NCBI GenBank assembly: GCA_951406725.2
Contig: OX597816.1
Coordinates: forward strand, 129,022,001-129,086,000
DNA from: Octopus vulgaris
Lineage: Eukaryota
DNA: 64,000 nucleotides
Direction of reading: 5' to 3'
Under the pieces are notes generated by a model. The model did not search any database. It was given only the letters and a program-made list of their open reading frames with translations, and was not told the DNA's origin. The translations under genes were made by a program, and so were the position numbers. This document shows, one piece after another, positions 1 to 12,435 of the stretch. Position 1 is the first letter of the stretch, and each line of letters begins with the position of its first letter.

Positions 1-47
1 AACCCAGACCATGTGGTCGGGAAGCAAGCTTCTTAACACACAGTCAT
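1..47 (-). mobile_element. SINE family A, 5' head fragment
   Basis: Reverse complement matches the head of the full copies at 22050 and 47054 (gctgtgtggtaag..cttgct..accacatgg). Confidence 0.7.
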
Positions 48-372
48 GAGGAAATGAGTGAAATAAAGGAGTGCTGTGGGGAGAGGGGAGGAAGAAAAAA
101 GGAAAAAGTGGGAGATGGTGCAAATAATAGAGTAGGTGGTAGCATGAGTGTAGGAGGTGGCATGTGGAAAATGGTATGGGTTGTGTGGGAGGTGATGTGA
201 GTTTTGTGAAATGTAGTGTGAACAGTGGAGAAGATGGCTTTAGTAGGATGGATAGTAATGAGAGTAGTAGCAGGGGTGGGTAGTGTTAGCTTTGTAGAAG
301 ATAGTATGAGAAGTGTGGGGTGTGGTATAAGAAGTCATATGGGAAATAATGTGAGGAGTGAACAAAGGAATA

Positions 373-535
373 TTAACTGTTTAGCATTTAACCCAGCGAT
401 ATCTGACCAAAATACTCTACCTGTTTTATGTTCAAACTGGCTATAACTGGCCTCTCACACCTTCCCTACAATGTTATTCAAAAAATATATAATCATGTTA
501 CTGAAGTCCTGAAGGTATGAGATAATATAGGATTA
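373..535. mobile_element. TTAA-type MITE family 1, truncated copy
   Basis: Starts ttaactgtttagcattt and aligns by eye with the copy at 17408-17634. Confidence 0.65.
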
Positions 536-699
536 GCAAAGTTATGGTGTGTAAGCAAACTAACACCAGTTGTCATGTAGTGGAAGGGGACAAGTACAAA
601 CACACACACACAAATATATGTATACGTATATGACAGATTTCTTTCACTTTTTGTCTACCAAACCCACTCACAAGGCCTTTCTTACTATACAGTCACACC

Positions 700-700
<1 letters not shown>
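536..700 (-). mobile_element. SINE family A, internally deleted
   Basis: Contains acaccagttgtc..gggacaa..cacac and tctaccaaacccactcacaaggc blocks of family A in reverse orientation. Confidence 0.7.
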
Positions 701-733
<33 letters not shown>

Positions 734-1416
734 GTTTTCTTAGAAAAATATAAACCGGAGAAGAACTGCATAATAGTGATAACAACGGTATTAGCAATGA
801 TTACACCACACCTGGAAATTGATTGCTGATGAGAGTAGGGGATAAGCTCCTACCTTTTACCCTCATAGCCAATAGTTGGCATGACTGAAGAAGGATGACA
901 CAGACGGAAACCTATGACCAACACCAAAGGGAGATAATCCCCACTGCCTATATCTATTGTTTCCACCTCCATATTTTAAAGAGGTGATAAGGCCATCAGG
1001 TCTTAGAGTCTGAAGATATGCCATAAAGGTACCCTGTATGGTGAGAAATCCAAGGTGACCCTATAAACTGGCCTTCACCGATTAAATTTAAATTTAATTG
1101 TAATCTGAATTTAAATTATAGCTGTGAAACGTACGTAAATTTTTTTTACTTATTATATATTGTTTATTCATTTTTGCACATTTTGTGATCTAGTTATATG
1201 TTTTAAAAAATATATTTTATTTTTTATTTAGATTTAGTTTATGTCTATCATTGATTGAATCGCATAATAGTGATTTTTCTCTAATTTATATCTTATATAT
1301 TTATATTGTGAAATTTGATTTAATACTGAATTGAATTTTTCCCTGTTAGTTTGGAGTTATACTCCCTAATATTATTATTATTATTATTATCATATATATA
1401 TATATATATATATATA

Positions 1417-1570
1417 GCAGTATGCATCTGTCGATCTTGAGAGATCATGGATCTGCACCCATAGAAATCATGCCAGCTACTGATTGATGGTGCTGCAGCA
1501 TCTGCTGTGGCTGTACGGGCCCACACAGTCACACATACAGCACCTGCATTTGAAGAAACTCTCTACTAGC
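1417..1570 (-). mobile_element. RTE-clade LINE 3' end relic
   Basis: Minus frame reads FFKCRCCMCDCVGPYSHSRCCSTINQ*, similar to the terminal CxxC..GLxSHxRxC motif of RTE/BovB-type ORFs, followed by a short 3' UTR. Confidence 0.5.
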
Positions 1571-1813
1571 ACTACTGGTTTTTCCTTTCATTGAGTGCAA
1601 TTTCCTTAGGTGATGAGTTCCTGTTTACCTTCCCCTCCTTTCATTCCATTTCACAGATTATATACCTATGTGTGGTGGGGGGGGTTAAAATTTTGCTTCC
1701 CAACCACAATAAATCCCAATATGTGACAACTTGTGCAAGTGTCTTCTACCAAAGCATCAAGTCCACCAAAGTCTTGAAAAGGATTTGCTAGATGGAAAAT
1801 AAACAAAACCTGT

Positions 1814-1857
<44 letters not shown>

Positions 1858-1887
1858 CATGGATGGATAGATGGATATACATATATG

Positions 1888-1938
<51 letters not shown>

Positions 1939-2220
1939 ACACATATATTTATGTACATACATATTCATTATATATATATATACACACATATATATATATA
2001 CATATACACTTTATAAGTGTATATACACTATGTGTGTGTGCGTAAACTATAAAAGTCAGGAGGTGTAAGAAGTGAATAGATATTTATTTAACCATGTGAT
2101 GTCTTTAAGTTTACAGCCATTTCACAACTGTCTTCATATAGTAATAATATCAGTGTGGAAGAAATTATGCTTACATGCTTACATTGATATTCATGCTTGG
2201 CATTATACAATATAGTTAAC

Positions 2221-2412
2221 ATGGCGAGCTGGCAGAAACATTAGCAATCCAGGTGAAATGCTTACCAGTATTTCATCTGTCTTTTACATTCTGAGTTCAA
2301 ATTCTGCTGAGGTCAACTTTGCCTTTCATCCTATTGGGGTCGATAAATTAAGTACCAATTGCATACTGGGGTTGATCTAACTGACTGGCCCACTCCCCCA
2401 AAATTTTGGGCT
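2221..2412 (+). mobile_element. SINE family B with 11-bp target-site duplication (TSD)
   Basis: Head ggcgagctggcagaaac, B-box gagttcaaatt, body ctttgcctttcatcc; acaatatagtt is repeated at 2207-2217 and 2416-2426. Confidence 0.85.
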
Positions 2413-2737
2413 TACACAATATAGTTGTATATTCACAAACCAATGCCAATTATAAAAGCCAGCAGCTTATCAGTTTATAAGAACATCATACTTACAGCAA
2501 TGATACAATATGTGTGTGTGAGGGAGTGTGCATGTGTATGTATGTGCATGTGTATACATATATAAATATATACATATGCATATATATATATATACATATA
2601 TATATGCATATATATATATACACACACACACAAACCTATCAGTAATGTACCTATAATAACTACTGGAAACAGCTGTAAGCCAAATTCACTCCAATAAAAG
2701 AAAAATACATACATACATATATATATATATATACATA

Positions 2738-3028
2738 GACATGACTGTGTGGTATGTAGCTTGCTTACCAACCACATGGCTCCAGGTTCAGTCCCACTGC
2801 ATGGTACCTTGGGTAAGTGTCTTCTAATATAGCCTCGGGCCGACAAAGCCTTGTCAGTGGATTTGGTAGACAGAAACTGAAAGAGGCCCATCCCATCATA
2901 TATATATATATATATATATATACAACTTATAAACAAGGGCAAAAGAAAATAATTCCAATGCCAAATATGCCGAAAATAGATTTAAATTGTCAATAACCAC
3001 ATAATTCATCACTATATATATATATATT

Positions 3029-3073
<45 letters not shown>

Positions 3074-3323
3074 ATGTGTGTATATATATATATATAAATA
3101 TATATATGTATGTCTGTATATGTTTGTGTGTCTGTGTTTGCCCCCTCACAATTGCTTGACACCAATATTGGTGTCTTTTCATCCCCATAACTTAGCGGTT
3201 CAGCAAAAGAGATCGATAGAATAAGTAGTAGGCTTACAAAGAATAAGTCCTGGGGTCGATTTGTTCAACTAAAGGTGGTGCTCCAGCACTGCCGCAGTCA
3301 AATGACTGAAGCAAATAAAAGAA
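2738..3323 (+). mobile_element. SINE family A, full length, with internal (TA)n
   Basis: tRNA-like head (ggttcagtccc B-box), CORE-like ccttgggtaagtgtctt, tail gctccagcac..gcagtcaaatgactgaa. Confidence 0.9.
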
Positions 3324-3559
3324 TTTATACACACACACACACACACACACCCACACACACACACACACACATACACACACAGACACACACATACACACAC
3401 ACACACGTGCGTGCACACACACACACACATATTTTGTCCCAAGTATGGAAAAGAGAGTGCTAGGACAATGATGATGATGATGATGATGATGATGGCCATT
3501 GTGGTAATGGTGACAACGACGATGATGATGATAATTTCTAATAAAGTACATCGTATAAG

Positions 3560-3800
3560 TGTTTGAAAATAATCAAAAATTTGGGAAGATTTTCATGAAA
3601 ATGATTCCCTTTTACATTGATTTCTCAATGAAAGCTGGGATTTTCTTTTGTTTTTTTGTTTTTTTGAAACAACATAACCAGAAGTTCTTACATTAAATTA
3701 TGATGGGGACTTTTAATTTAGATGTGAACACTTTAAAACAGGCAATTATGTATCAAAGAACCTGGAATGGTCTCAGTTGGATTGGTAGCAAAAGAGTTAC
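3560..3800. mobile_element. TTAA-type MITE family 2, degenerate
   Basis: Shares cactttaaaacagg..tgtatca..aacc with 59881-60050; ends ggtagcaaaagagttac, a decayed ..aaaagggttaa. Confidence 0.45.
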
Positions 3801-4470
3801 AAAATCCCTTAGAAAAAAACATAACAAATGCAAACCCCCTGGCAGCATGTAATTGGTAACATGATAGCAATCCTTTCATCTAATGGTGGCAGCTACTATA
3901 GAACTACACACACATACACGCTGAAAGGGACTGTGTAATATAAAATGGATACTTTTTTTTTATCTCGTACAACAGAGTGATAAACAGAGTCAGCAGATTG
4001 ACCTTTCATCATCAGAAGCATCTATAGATGGATGATTGGAGCTACTCATTCCTAATAGGAAAGAAATGAGAGTCATGGCATTTATATTTACCCCAAGGTT
4101 ATTTAGCAGTTAAGTGAAATATCTATAATCAAGAGTCAAACTTAAATTATAGTGTCAATTCCCCTATTCAGGAACGTTCTATTTTTGTTATAGTGTCCAA
4201 CAACTTACTATGTGTCAAGCTTACATACAGCTGGGAGTCATAATGGATAAGTGGATACAGAGATGTCTATTCAGTTCAAGATTAAGTATCTATACAATAC
4301 AATATAATACTTCTGTGCGAAGCCTTTAGTAAGATACTTTCATTTGCTTAATTCAACTTACAACAGAGCAGGTAATAAGAGTGAGAGGGAGAGAGAGAGG
4401 GAGAGAGAAAATGTGGTAAATAAACATGGAAAAAAAAACTAAATAAAAAAATCAAATAGACTAAAAAATA

Positions 4471-4522
<52 letters not shown>

Positions 4523-4530
4523 GTAATAAT
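4471..4530. repeat. (AAT)n microsatellite
   Basis: Read directly. Confidence 0.95.
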
Positions 4531-4785
4531 ATGAAGGAGATTGAAATTAAGCAAAGACAGACAAATGGATGAAGGAGATTGAAATAGAATGCCTGGCAGA
4601 GATCCTACAGAAAGTTTGTCTCTTAGGGATAGCAAAGATTATCAGAAGAGTTCTAAGCACTTGGAAGACTACTGAAAACTTGTGGATACCTACGGTTACA
4701 GTTAATAACCACTATTCACATAATTTCTACCAGGAATAAAACCAAACCTGAGCCAAACCAAAATAAGGATTATAATATTAATGAT
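4531..4785 (+). mobile_element. R4/Dong-like non-LTR retrotransposon 3' fragment
   Basis: Plus frame KTDKWMKEIEIECLAEILQKVCLLGIAKIIRRVLSTW matches the LQKxxLLGTAxIxRxVL C-terminus of R4-clade ORFs; abuts (TAA)n. Confidence 0.7.
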
Positions 4786-4988
4786 AATCCTTTCTACTAT
4801 AGGCACAAGGCCTGAAATTTGAAGGGAGGGGACTTGTCGATTACATCGACCCCAGTGATTCACTGGTACTTAATTTATCAATCCCAAAAGATGAAAGGCA
4901 AAGTCGACCTCAGTGAAACTCAGAACATAGCTTCGGGTGAAATACCACTAAGAATTTCGTCCAGCACGCTAACAATTCTGCCAGCTTG
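4786..4988 (-). mobile_element. SINE family B
   Basis: aggcacaaggcctgaaattt tail, gatgaaaggcaaagtcgacctc body and ttctgccagct head, all reversed. Confidence 0.85.
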
Positions 4989-4997
4989 TTGCATTCA

Positions 4998-5044
<47 letters not shown>

Positions 5045-5199
5045 TAACTGAAGATCAAATAGGGTGTGTATTTAATTGACAAAAGATGATCATTTCCACA
5101 TATACCAGTAACTGTTCCACATCAAAAATCTTGCAAAACAAACACAAAAAAGTAGAAAAGGAAATCTTAACTTAACCCTTTACTAATACAGTTCCATTT

Positions 5200-5302
5200 A
5201 AAAGATGAGGAATTATGTACATTATTTACATTTCACGGATATTTGTCCTCATCTTGTTTGTTGTGTTAACAACAAACAAGATGAGGACAAATATCCATCA
5301 AA
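5200..5302. repeat. Perfect 27-bp inverted repeat; collapsed dimer of the tRNA-HHR element
   Basis: ggatatttgtcctcatcttgtttgttg (5237-5263) and its exact reverse complement (5270-5296); the arm sequence matches ~54851-54877 with one mismatch. Confidence 0.85.
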
Positions 5303-5465
5303 GGAAGACTTAACATTGGCAATAGTTCTTAAGTGCCACACCACAACTGATATCTAGACTCACTCTGGGTTTTTAGATATATAATTTAAGGCTTTAAATA
5401 TCCTAATTAATTCCTGCATGTCTCATAAAACATGTCATTCATAATTTTCATAAACAAAAGTATAA

Positions 5466-6282
5466 TTAGCCCATTAACATTCAGATTTCTCTATCAAATG
5501 TAATCCTTTCTACTTGAAATTTTGAGGGAGGGGGCCAGTCAATTAGACTGACCCCAGTATGCAACTGGTACTTAATATATCAATCCTGAAAGGATGAAAG
5601 GCAAAGTCGACCTCGGCAGAATATGAACTCAGAATGTAAAGACAGAAAAAATACCTATTTCTTTACTATTCACAAGGGGCTAAACACAGAGGGGACAAAC
5701 AAGGACAGACAAACGGATTAAGTCGATTACATCGACCTCAGTGCGTAACTGGTACTTAATTTATCGACCCCCAAAAGGATGAAAGGCAAAGTCGACCTCG
5801 GTGGAATATGAACTCAGAATGTAAAGACAAACAAAATACCTATTTCTTTACTATTCACAAGGGGCTAAACACAGAGGGGACAAACAAGGACAGACAAACG
5901 GATTAAGTCGATTACATCGACCTCAGTGCGTAACTGATACTTAATTTATCGACCCCCAAAAGGATGGAAAGCAAAGTCGACCTCGGCGGAATTTGAACTC
6001 AGAACATAACGGCAGACGAAATACAGCTACGCATTTCGCCCGGCATGCTAGCGTTTCTGCCAGCTCACCACCTTGTCTATCAAATGTAATAGTTGTTTAT
6101 TCACATTGTTTTGAATTAATCAAGCATTACTTTGTTGCTCTAAGATTTTGATGATGCGATTGCCTATTTTTGAATAATATTAAAGCAGAGGAGATGTGAG
6201 AGGCCAGAATCTAGCTGATTTAAACAAAAAGCAGGTAGAATATTTTGGCTGAATATGACTGGTTTAAATGCTAAAGGGTTAA
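5466..6282. mobile_element. TTAA-type MITE family 1, interrupted by a SINE
   Basis: Left end ttagcccattaacattcagatt, right end aatgctaaagggttaa; collinear with 23904-24131 once the SINE is removed. Confidence 0.8.
5505..6075 (-). mobile_element. SINE family B with ~180-bp internal triplication and 15-bp TSD
   Basis: Three tandem gcaaagtcgacctcgg..gaactcagaa blocks; tctatcaaatgtaat at 5490-5504 and 6076-6090. Confidence 0.9.
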
Positions 6283-6296
6283 TAAAACAGGGTAAA

Positions 6297-6420
6297 ATAT
6301 TGGCTTCAAATTTTGGCACAAGGCCAGCAATTTTGGGGAAGGGGATTAAATCAACTCCAGTGTGCAACTGGTACTTATTTTATCAACCCCATAAGGATGA
6401 AAGACAAAGTCAGAATGTAA
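6297..6420 (-). mobile_element. SINE family B-related 3' fragment
   Basis: ttttggcacaaggccagcaattttgggg..actggtacttattttatcaaccc. Confidence 0.7.
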
Positions 6421-6951
6421 AGTCAAAGCAAGGTAAAATATTAATGTTTCTGTTCTATGATTTTCTGAATTTTTCACTTTAAAACATGCTTTTTGTTTTT
6501 ATTTACTTTATATACAAAGTGCATCAGTATTTTTTTTCTTTGATCTTCAGGGTACCATAAAGGCAAAAATATTAGGAGCCAGTGGCCTATAAATACAAAT
6601 TCTATGATGGTCACAGCTGGAGAGCTTTTGATCCTAGGTCTATTTGTTTATATCTGACCTGGCCTACATGACAGCAACAACAACAAATGCACAAGCAGAA
6701 TTTCAAATATTTATGGGAAGAAGAATAAATTCCAGTAAAATTCCAGAGTTGCAAGCATGATTGCTTGAATAAGAAATTCACTTTTCAAGTATTGAGTTTT
6801 GGGTCTAGTTTCGAGCAAGTACAACTTATAGTCTAATATAGTACATACGAATGAACTTGGTAGAAGGAAACTGAATGAAACTGTGTGAACATGCATGTAT
6901 GTGTGTGTTTGTGTGCATGTGTGTGTGTGTGTGTTTGTGTATGTATGTGTG

Positions 6952-7222
6952 GGGTAGGCACTTGTGCTGATGACAAGCAAAAGCACCTGTGCCAGAGACA
7001 CGTAAAAGCACCCATGCCGGTGTCATGTAAAGGGCACCCACAATACCCTCAGAGTGGTTGGCATTAGGGAGGGTATCCAGTTGCAGAAAATAAACCAAAT
7101 TCAGACTGGATTCTGCTATAGCTCTCCAGCTTACCAGTTCCTGTCAAGTCATCTAACCCATGCCAGCATGGAAAGCAGACAATAAATGATGATGATAATG
7201 GTGATGATGGTGATGATGATGA
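6952..7222 (+). mobile_element. RTE LINE 3' UTR copy with (GAT)n tail
   Basis: agtggttggcattaggg..acccatgccagcatggaaa..aaatgatgatg, as in the ORF-bearing copies at 14152 and 53493. Confidence 0.85.
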
Positions 7223-7602
7223 TATATATACCTCCATAACTAAGGGGTTCAGCAAAAGAGGATTGACAGGGTATGTACCTAGCTTAAAATAAGTTCTAGG
7301 ACTGAATTGATCAGTGTAAATTGTTCAACGTGGTGCTCTCAGCATGGCTGTAGTCTAATGATTGAAACAATGACTGGAAGAATAAAAGTATCACAGCTTA
7401 AAAGATTGACTAAAATTTGGACTTTTAGAATTTGTAGGGTTGGTCACAAGTGATGGATAAAACGCAGAAAAGAGGGTAAATGAGAGCATCATCAAGAGAG
7501 CTTTGGTAACTTTGGTGATGACAAAGGTGACAGCAATGACTGTGGTAGAAATGGTGGTGGTTTTGGTGTTATTTTTGGCTGCTATTATTGTTGTTATTGT
7601 AA

Positions 7603-7800
7603 AGGTGCCCAGCTGGGCAAAATGCTTAGCAGTATTTCGCCCGTCACTACATTCTGAGTTCAAATTCTGCCGAAGTCGACTTTGCCTTTCATCTTTCTGG
7701 AGTCGGTAAATTAAGTACCAGTGAAAAACTGGGGTCGATGTAATTGACTAGTCCCCACCCGGCAAATTTCAGGCCTTGTGCCTCCAGTAGAAGGGATTAT
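7603..7800 (+). mobile_element. SINE family B
   Basis: aatgcttagcagtatttcg..ctgagttcaaattctgccga..aggccttgtgcctccagtagaagggattatc. Confidence 0.85.
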
Positions 7801-8297
7801 CATTCATGTTGGTGGTTGTGTTATTGTTGTTGTTGTTGGTGGTGGTGATGGTGGTGGTAGTTGTGGTAGCAATGGCAGTGGTGCAGATTCTACGCAGTTT
7901 GGTACATACGCAATAAGCTGGTTTATGATGTTGCTGTATTCAGATGTCCTCCATTAGGTGATATCTCTTTCACTCAACTGAAAGAGGGATTTACTTACAT
8001 GATAACAAGAAAAAAAGTATTTTGTAAACTAGAGAGGGTTTTTACATTTTATTCTCTTCATTGCTATGCTAAAACTAAAAGATAGAAGCCCTAAGCTTTA
8101 AGAGCTGAAGAAACTGTGATGAACTAGGCTATTCAAATTGTATATCTCTCTCTCTCTCTCTCTTTGTTTTTATGTTATCTCTTGCTATTTAATTAATATG
8201 TTTGTATAAACTACTTAAGAACATTACAACATTGATGGGTCTTTCTGTTTCACATGTGTGAACAGAAATAAAGACAAACAGATGTATGCATTTGCCT

Positions 8298-8524
8298 CTG
8301 TGCATGTGTGTGTGCGTGTGTGCGTGTGTGTGTGTGTTTATGTGTGTGTTTATGTGTACGTGTGAGTGTGTGTTTGTCTGTATGTGTGTGTTTATGTATA
8401 TGTGTGTATGTGTTTATGTATTTGTATGTGTATGTGTGTATATGTGTGTACGTTTATGAGTGTGTATGTTTGTGTGCATGAGTGTGCATGAATGTGCGTG
8501 TGCTCACATCTTTGTATGTGTGCA

Positions 8525-8561
<37 letters not shown>

Positions 8562-8672
8562 ATGAGTTTATGTGTGTGTGTGTGTGTTTGTGTGTGTTTA
8601 TGTATATGTGTTATGTGTGTGCACTTATGTGTGTGTGTGTGCATGTGTGCGTGTGTGTGTGTGTGTGTGTGT
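8298..8672. repeat. Degenerate (TG)n microsatellite
   Basis: Read directly. Confidence 0.9.
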
Positions 8673-9068
8673 CTTTGAAGCTGGAACAAAACATGAAAAA
8701 CAGGAATAAAAACATGAACAGAAGTTTGAATATTCAGTTGAAATAGTTTATCCTTTAAGCCTAGTTTAAAGATTACCCTTATGTAATATCACTACTGCTA
8801 TAACTGCTGCTGCTGCTGCTACTACTGTTACTATCATTACTATTATTACTACTGCTACTATTACTACTACTATTACCACCACCACCACCACCACCACCAC
8901 CACCACCACCGCCGCCACTGTTGCTGTGTGATTGGAATAATAAACAATGACTTCAGTGGTAAAACAACAGGTGAATCAATGTTTACCTTACAGCAAAGTG
9001 ACTGTCAGACATTTTGATTCAGTTTACATCTGTTCCTCTCCTCCTCCCTCCCATTGTTCAATCCATCT

Positions 9069-9111
<43 letters not shown>

Positions 9112-9265
9112 GCCTATGCATATTCATTCCCTTCACTGTGTAACTCATTCACTCAATCATTCACCATTTACTCATTCACTTTCTAAAGATGTGTGCTACA
9201 TGTCAGAAAGTGTACAAGCATACATGCATATACAAGCATTCATTATTTCTATGCAAGTTTATATA

Positions 9266-9718
9266 TTGGGTCATCCCATAAATAATGCTGCTTTTTATTT
9301 TTATACTTCTTTTATTTTTCAAAATTAAGATAAACAAAGTTTTTTTTAATCTATACTCTCCTTCATTTTCTACAATGCTCTTCCATCTATCTGGTAGACT
9401 CGCAAAGCCCCTCTTCCAAAATTCACTTGCCCATGATGAAAAATACTCTTCCAGTACTGTTCTGACCTCGTCTACAGAAATCATATTTTTTTCCATCAAA
9501 ATGATTTTGAAGACTGTGGAATTAATAATAATCAGATGGGGCAATGTCCAGTGGATATGGTGAAGGGGCATCGTTTCCCATTCAAACTGCTTGAGCCTTT
9601 TGAAAGTCATTCTCGCTGCGTGTGGCCGAACATTATTCTGATGGAAGAACACTATTCATCTTGAAACCAAAGTTGGTTGTTTTTCTTCTTGCGCTGACTT
9701 AAGACACTCAAGCAGCTT
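9266..9718 (-). mobile_element. mariner transposon relic (3' part of transposase plus TIR)
   Basis: Minus frames give LECLKSAQEEKQPTLVSR*IVFFHQNNVRPH..FWKRGFASLPDRWKSIVENEGEY (HDNARPH and LPxRWxxxxxxxGxY motifs); TA followed by TIR-like ttgggtcatcccataaataatg at 9266. Confidence 0.9.
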
Positions 9719-9734
9719 AAGCTGACTTAAGCTA

Positions 9735-10378
9735 CTCACTAGGACTCACTGAGGAAATGGCAAAGGACCAGGAGATGTGGCGATTTGCTATATTTGATAA
9801 GACACATCAAGCTAACTAAAATCTGTCTTCCACACTTACAGGCTTATCCTTCAGGTGCCAGTGCCACTTCAAAGCACCTATGCGGTGAGCTGGCAGAAAC
9901 GTTAGCACGACGGGTGAAATGCTGAGCAGTATTTCATCTGAGTTCTGAGTTCAAATTCCACTGTGGTTGACTTTGCCTTTCATCCTTTCAGAGTCAATTA
10001 AATAAGTACCAGTTACGCACTGGGGTCGATATAATCGACTTAATCCATTTGTCTGTCCTTGTTTGTCTTCTCTGTGTTTAGCCCCTTGTGGGTAGTAAAG
10101 AAATAGGTGTTGCGTTAACACACCTGTGCTGCTGCTGCTTCAATGCACCCAAGTGGGTGGCACGTAAAAAGTACCCAGCACACTCTGCTAAGTGGTTGGC
10201 ATTAGGAAGGGCATCCAGCTGTAGATATCATGCCACTACAGACAATTGGAGTCCAGACAGCTTCCTGCTAGTCAGTTCCCTGTCAAACCGTGCAACTCAC
10301 GCCACCATGGAGAGCAGATGTTAAATGATGATGATAATGATGATGACGATGTTGATGATGATGATGAGGATGATGAGA
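9735..10378 (+). mobile_element. RTE LINE 3' end interrupted by SINE B (9882-10108)
   Basis: GLTEEMAKDQEMWRFAIFDKT ORF end, the shared 3' UTR and a (GAT)n tail. Confidence 0.8.
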
Positions 10379-10974
10379 GCTTGGAGAGCAAAACAGGTGG
10401 TTTTAAGTATCTGACAGTCTATTTCCTAAAAACAATAAATCTCACAGTCATCTCTCTTGAATTTTCAGGTGTTATTTAACCTGTATTGAATCTCCCAAAG
10501 TAATTTTGCTCAGGTTTGCAGTATTTCACTTGCAGCCAGATGGGACTTCTACATGGTTGTTCAAGCTGCAAGAGTTAGCAGCCAAATCACTTTCATATCA
10601 CATCAACTCTACCATCTTAAAAATTCAAAGGAGTCTATAAACCTAGATACAATGAATCAAAGACAGAAAAAATGGAAAAACAAATCTGATCACAGCCGGA
10701 ATTTCTCTGGAAGCCAAAGCAAGTGATTTATGAGTGTCTGATAGGCTCTTCACTAAAAGCCTGAATCTTGTGAGAACTCCCATCTGGAGAAATAGCCCTA
10801 AAGTAATTTCATTCACTTGGATGCCCTATCTGTATCACTCATCCAACTAAATGGGACTTCTATACCTACTCTATCCCCTTAAAACTGCAAAGCTGACTTT
10901 AGTCATAGATACAGTATTATTTAGATAACAAAGAAATAAAAGGCCTCATCATAGAAATTCTTTGATCATAAGTC

Positions 10975-11476
10975 ACAGGCAAGGTTATGTGATAAGAAGC
11001 TTGCTTCCCAATCATATGGTTCTGGGTCCAGTCTCATTGCATGGTATCTTGGACAAGTATCTTCTACTATAGCCTCAGGCCAGCCAAAGCCTTCTGAGTG
11101 GATCTGGTAGACGAAAACTGAAAGAAGCCCACCGTATATATATATATATATATATATATATGAGGAGGAGACCCCACCTTCGGTCGTGAATGACCATGGG
11201 ATTGGACCTAAAGAGTTACCCTCCGAGGCACAAATCAGGGCAAGATTGTTTGTTGAAGGCTAGCAGTCACCCATGCATACCAGCCTCCCCTCTCTACACT
11301 ACTAGTGTTATCCAAGGGAAAGGCAAAGGCTGATACAGCTTCGCACCAGTGATGTCGCAACTCATTTCTACAGCTGAGTGAACTGGAGCAATGTGAAATA
11401 AAGTGTCTTGCACAAGAACACAACACACAGCCCAGTGCAGGAATCGAGTATATATATATATATATATGTACATATG

Positions 11477-11539
<63 letters not shown>

Positions 11540-11750
11540 CTATGTATGAGTATCTTTGTGTCTGTGTTTGTCCCTCAGCACCACTTGACAACCAATTTTG
11601 GTGTGTTTACATCCCCGTAATTTGGTGGTTCAGCAAAAGGTGCTAGACAAAAATATTTCCTTGGGTTGACTTGTTCAATTAAAACCTTTCGAGGCAGTGC
11701 CCCAGCATGGCCGCAGTCAAATGACTGGAACAAGAACAAGATAAACGATA
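10975..11750 (+). mobile_element. SINE family A with a nested insertion in its internal (TA)n
   Basis: Head at 10975-11135, tail at 11550-11750. Confidence 0.85.
11161..11447 (-). mobile_element. SINE family C nested in (TA)n
   Basis: Shares cagctgagtgaactggagcaa..gaaataaagtgtcttgcacaagaacacaac..caggaatcga with 35112-35367. Confidence 0.75.
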
Positions 11751-12435
11751 AAGGATAAGTCTGCTCAATCACAGCTGACCTGGATCTAAACAACAGCAAT
11801 AGTAGCCACTATTTTTATTCTGTATAATATAAGTATTTTTAAATGTGCATTGTGATTGCACATATGTATGTATACATGATAGTTCTTGCCCAAATTTCCT
11901 ATGTATATTCAAGCATAGCTGCATGTATCCTTTTGTGTATGTTTGTGTATTATATTAAGTAGGGGAGGGTTTTCTGTTTTTTATCTGTACAAACATGTGT
12001 TATCAGTAGAGATGTAAGCACTTCATGTTATTTTAATATGGTATCGTGGAACTGTTTATTTACGTAGCCAGAGAAAGGAGGATGGATGTGAGTGCATGTT
12101 TGTTTGAACAGGAGGGATGAGGTGCATATGTGTGTGTGCATGTATGTGTGCATATGTGAGTGAGAGAATGAGTCTGTGTGAGGTGGGGTGTATGTGTGTG
12201 TGTGGGGGGGTAGCTTTCAGAAGAATTAGAAAGGAAGCAGATTTCTATGCTGCTTGTGCCTGCATATATGCACCCCAACCCTATATATATATATGTGTAC
12301 GTATGTGTGTGTGTGTATGTGTGTGTGTGTGTGTGTGTGTGCATGTATGTGTATATATATATATATGTATGTTTTAATATATGTGTGTATGTGTGAATGC
12401 ATGAATATACATATGTTAATATATATATGATTCCT

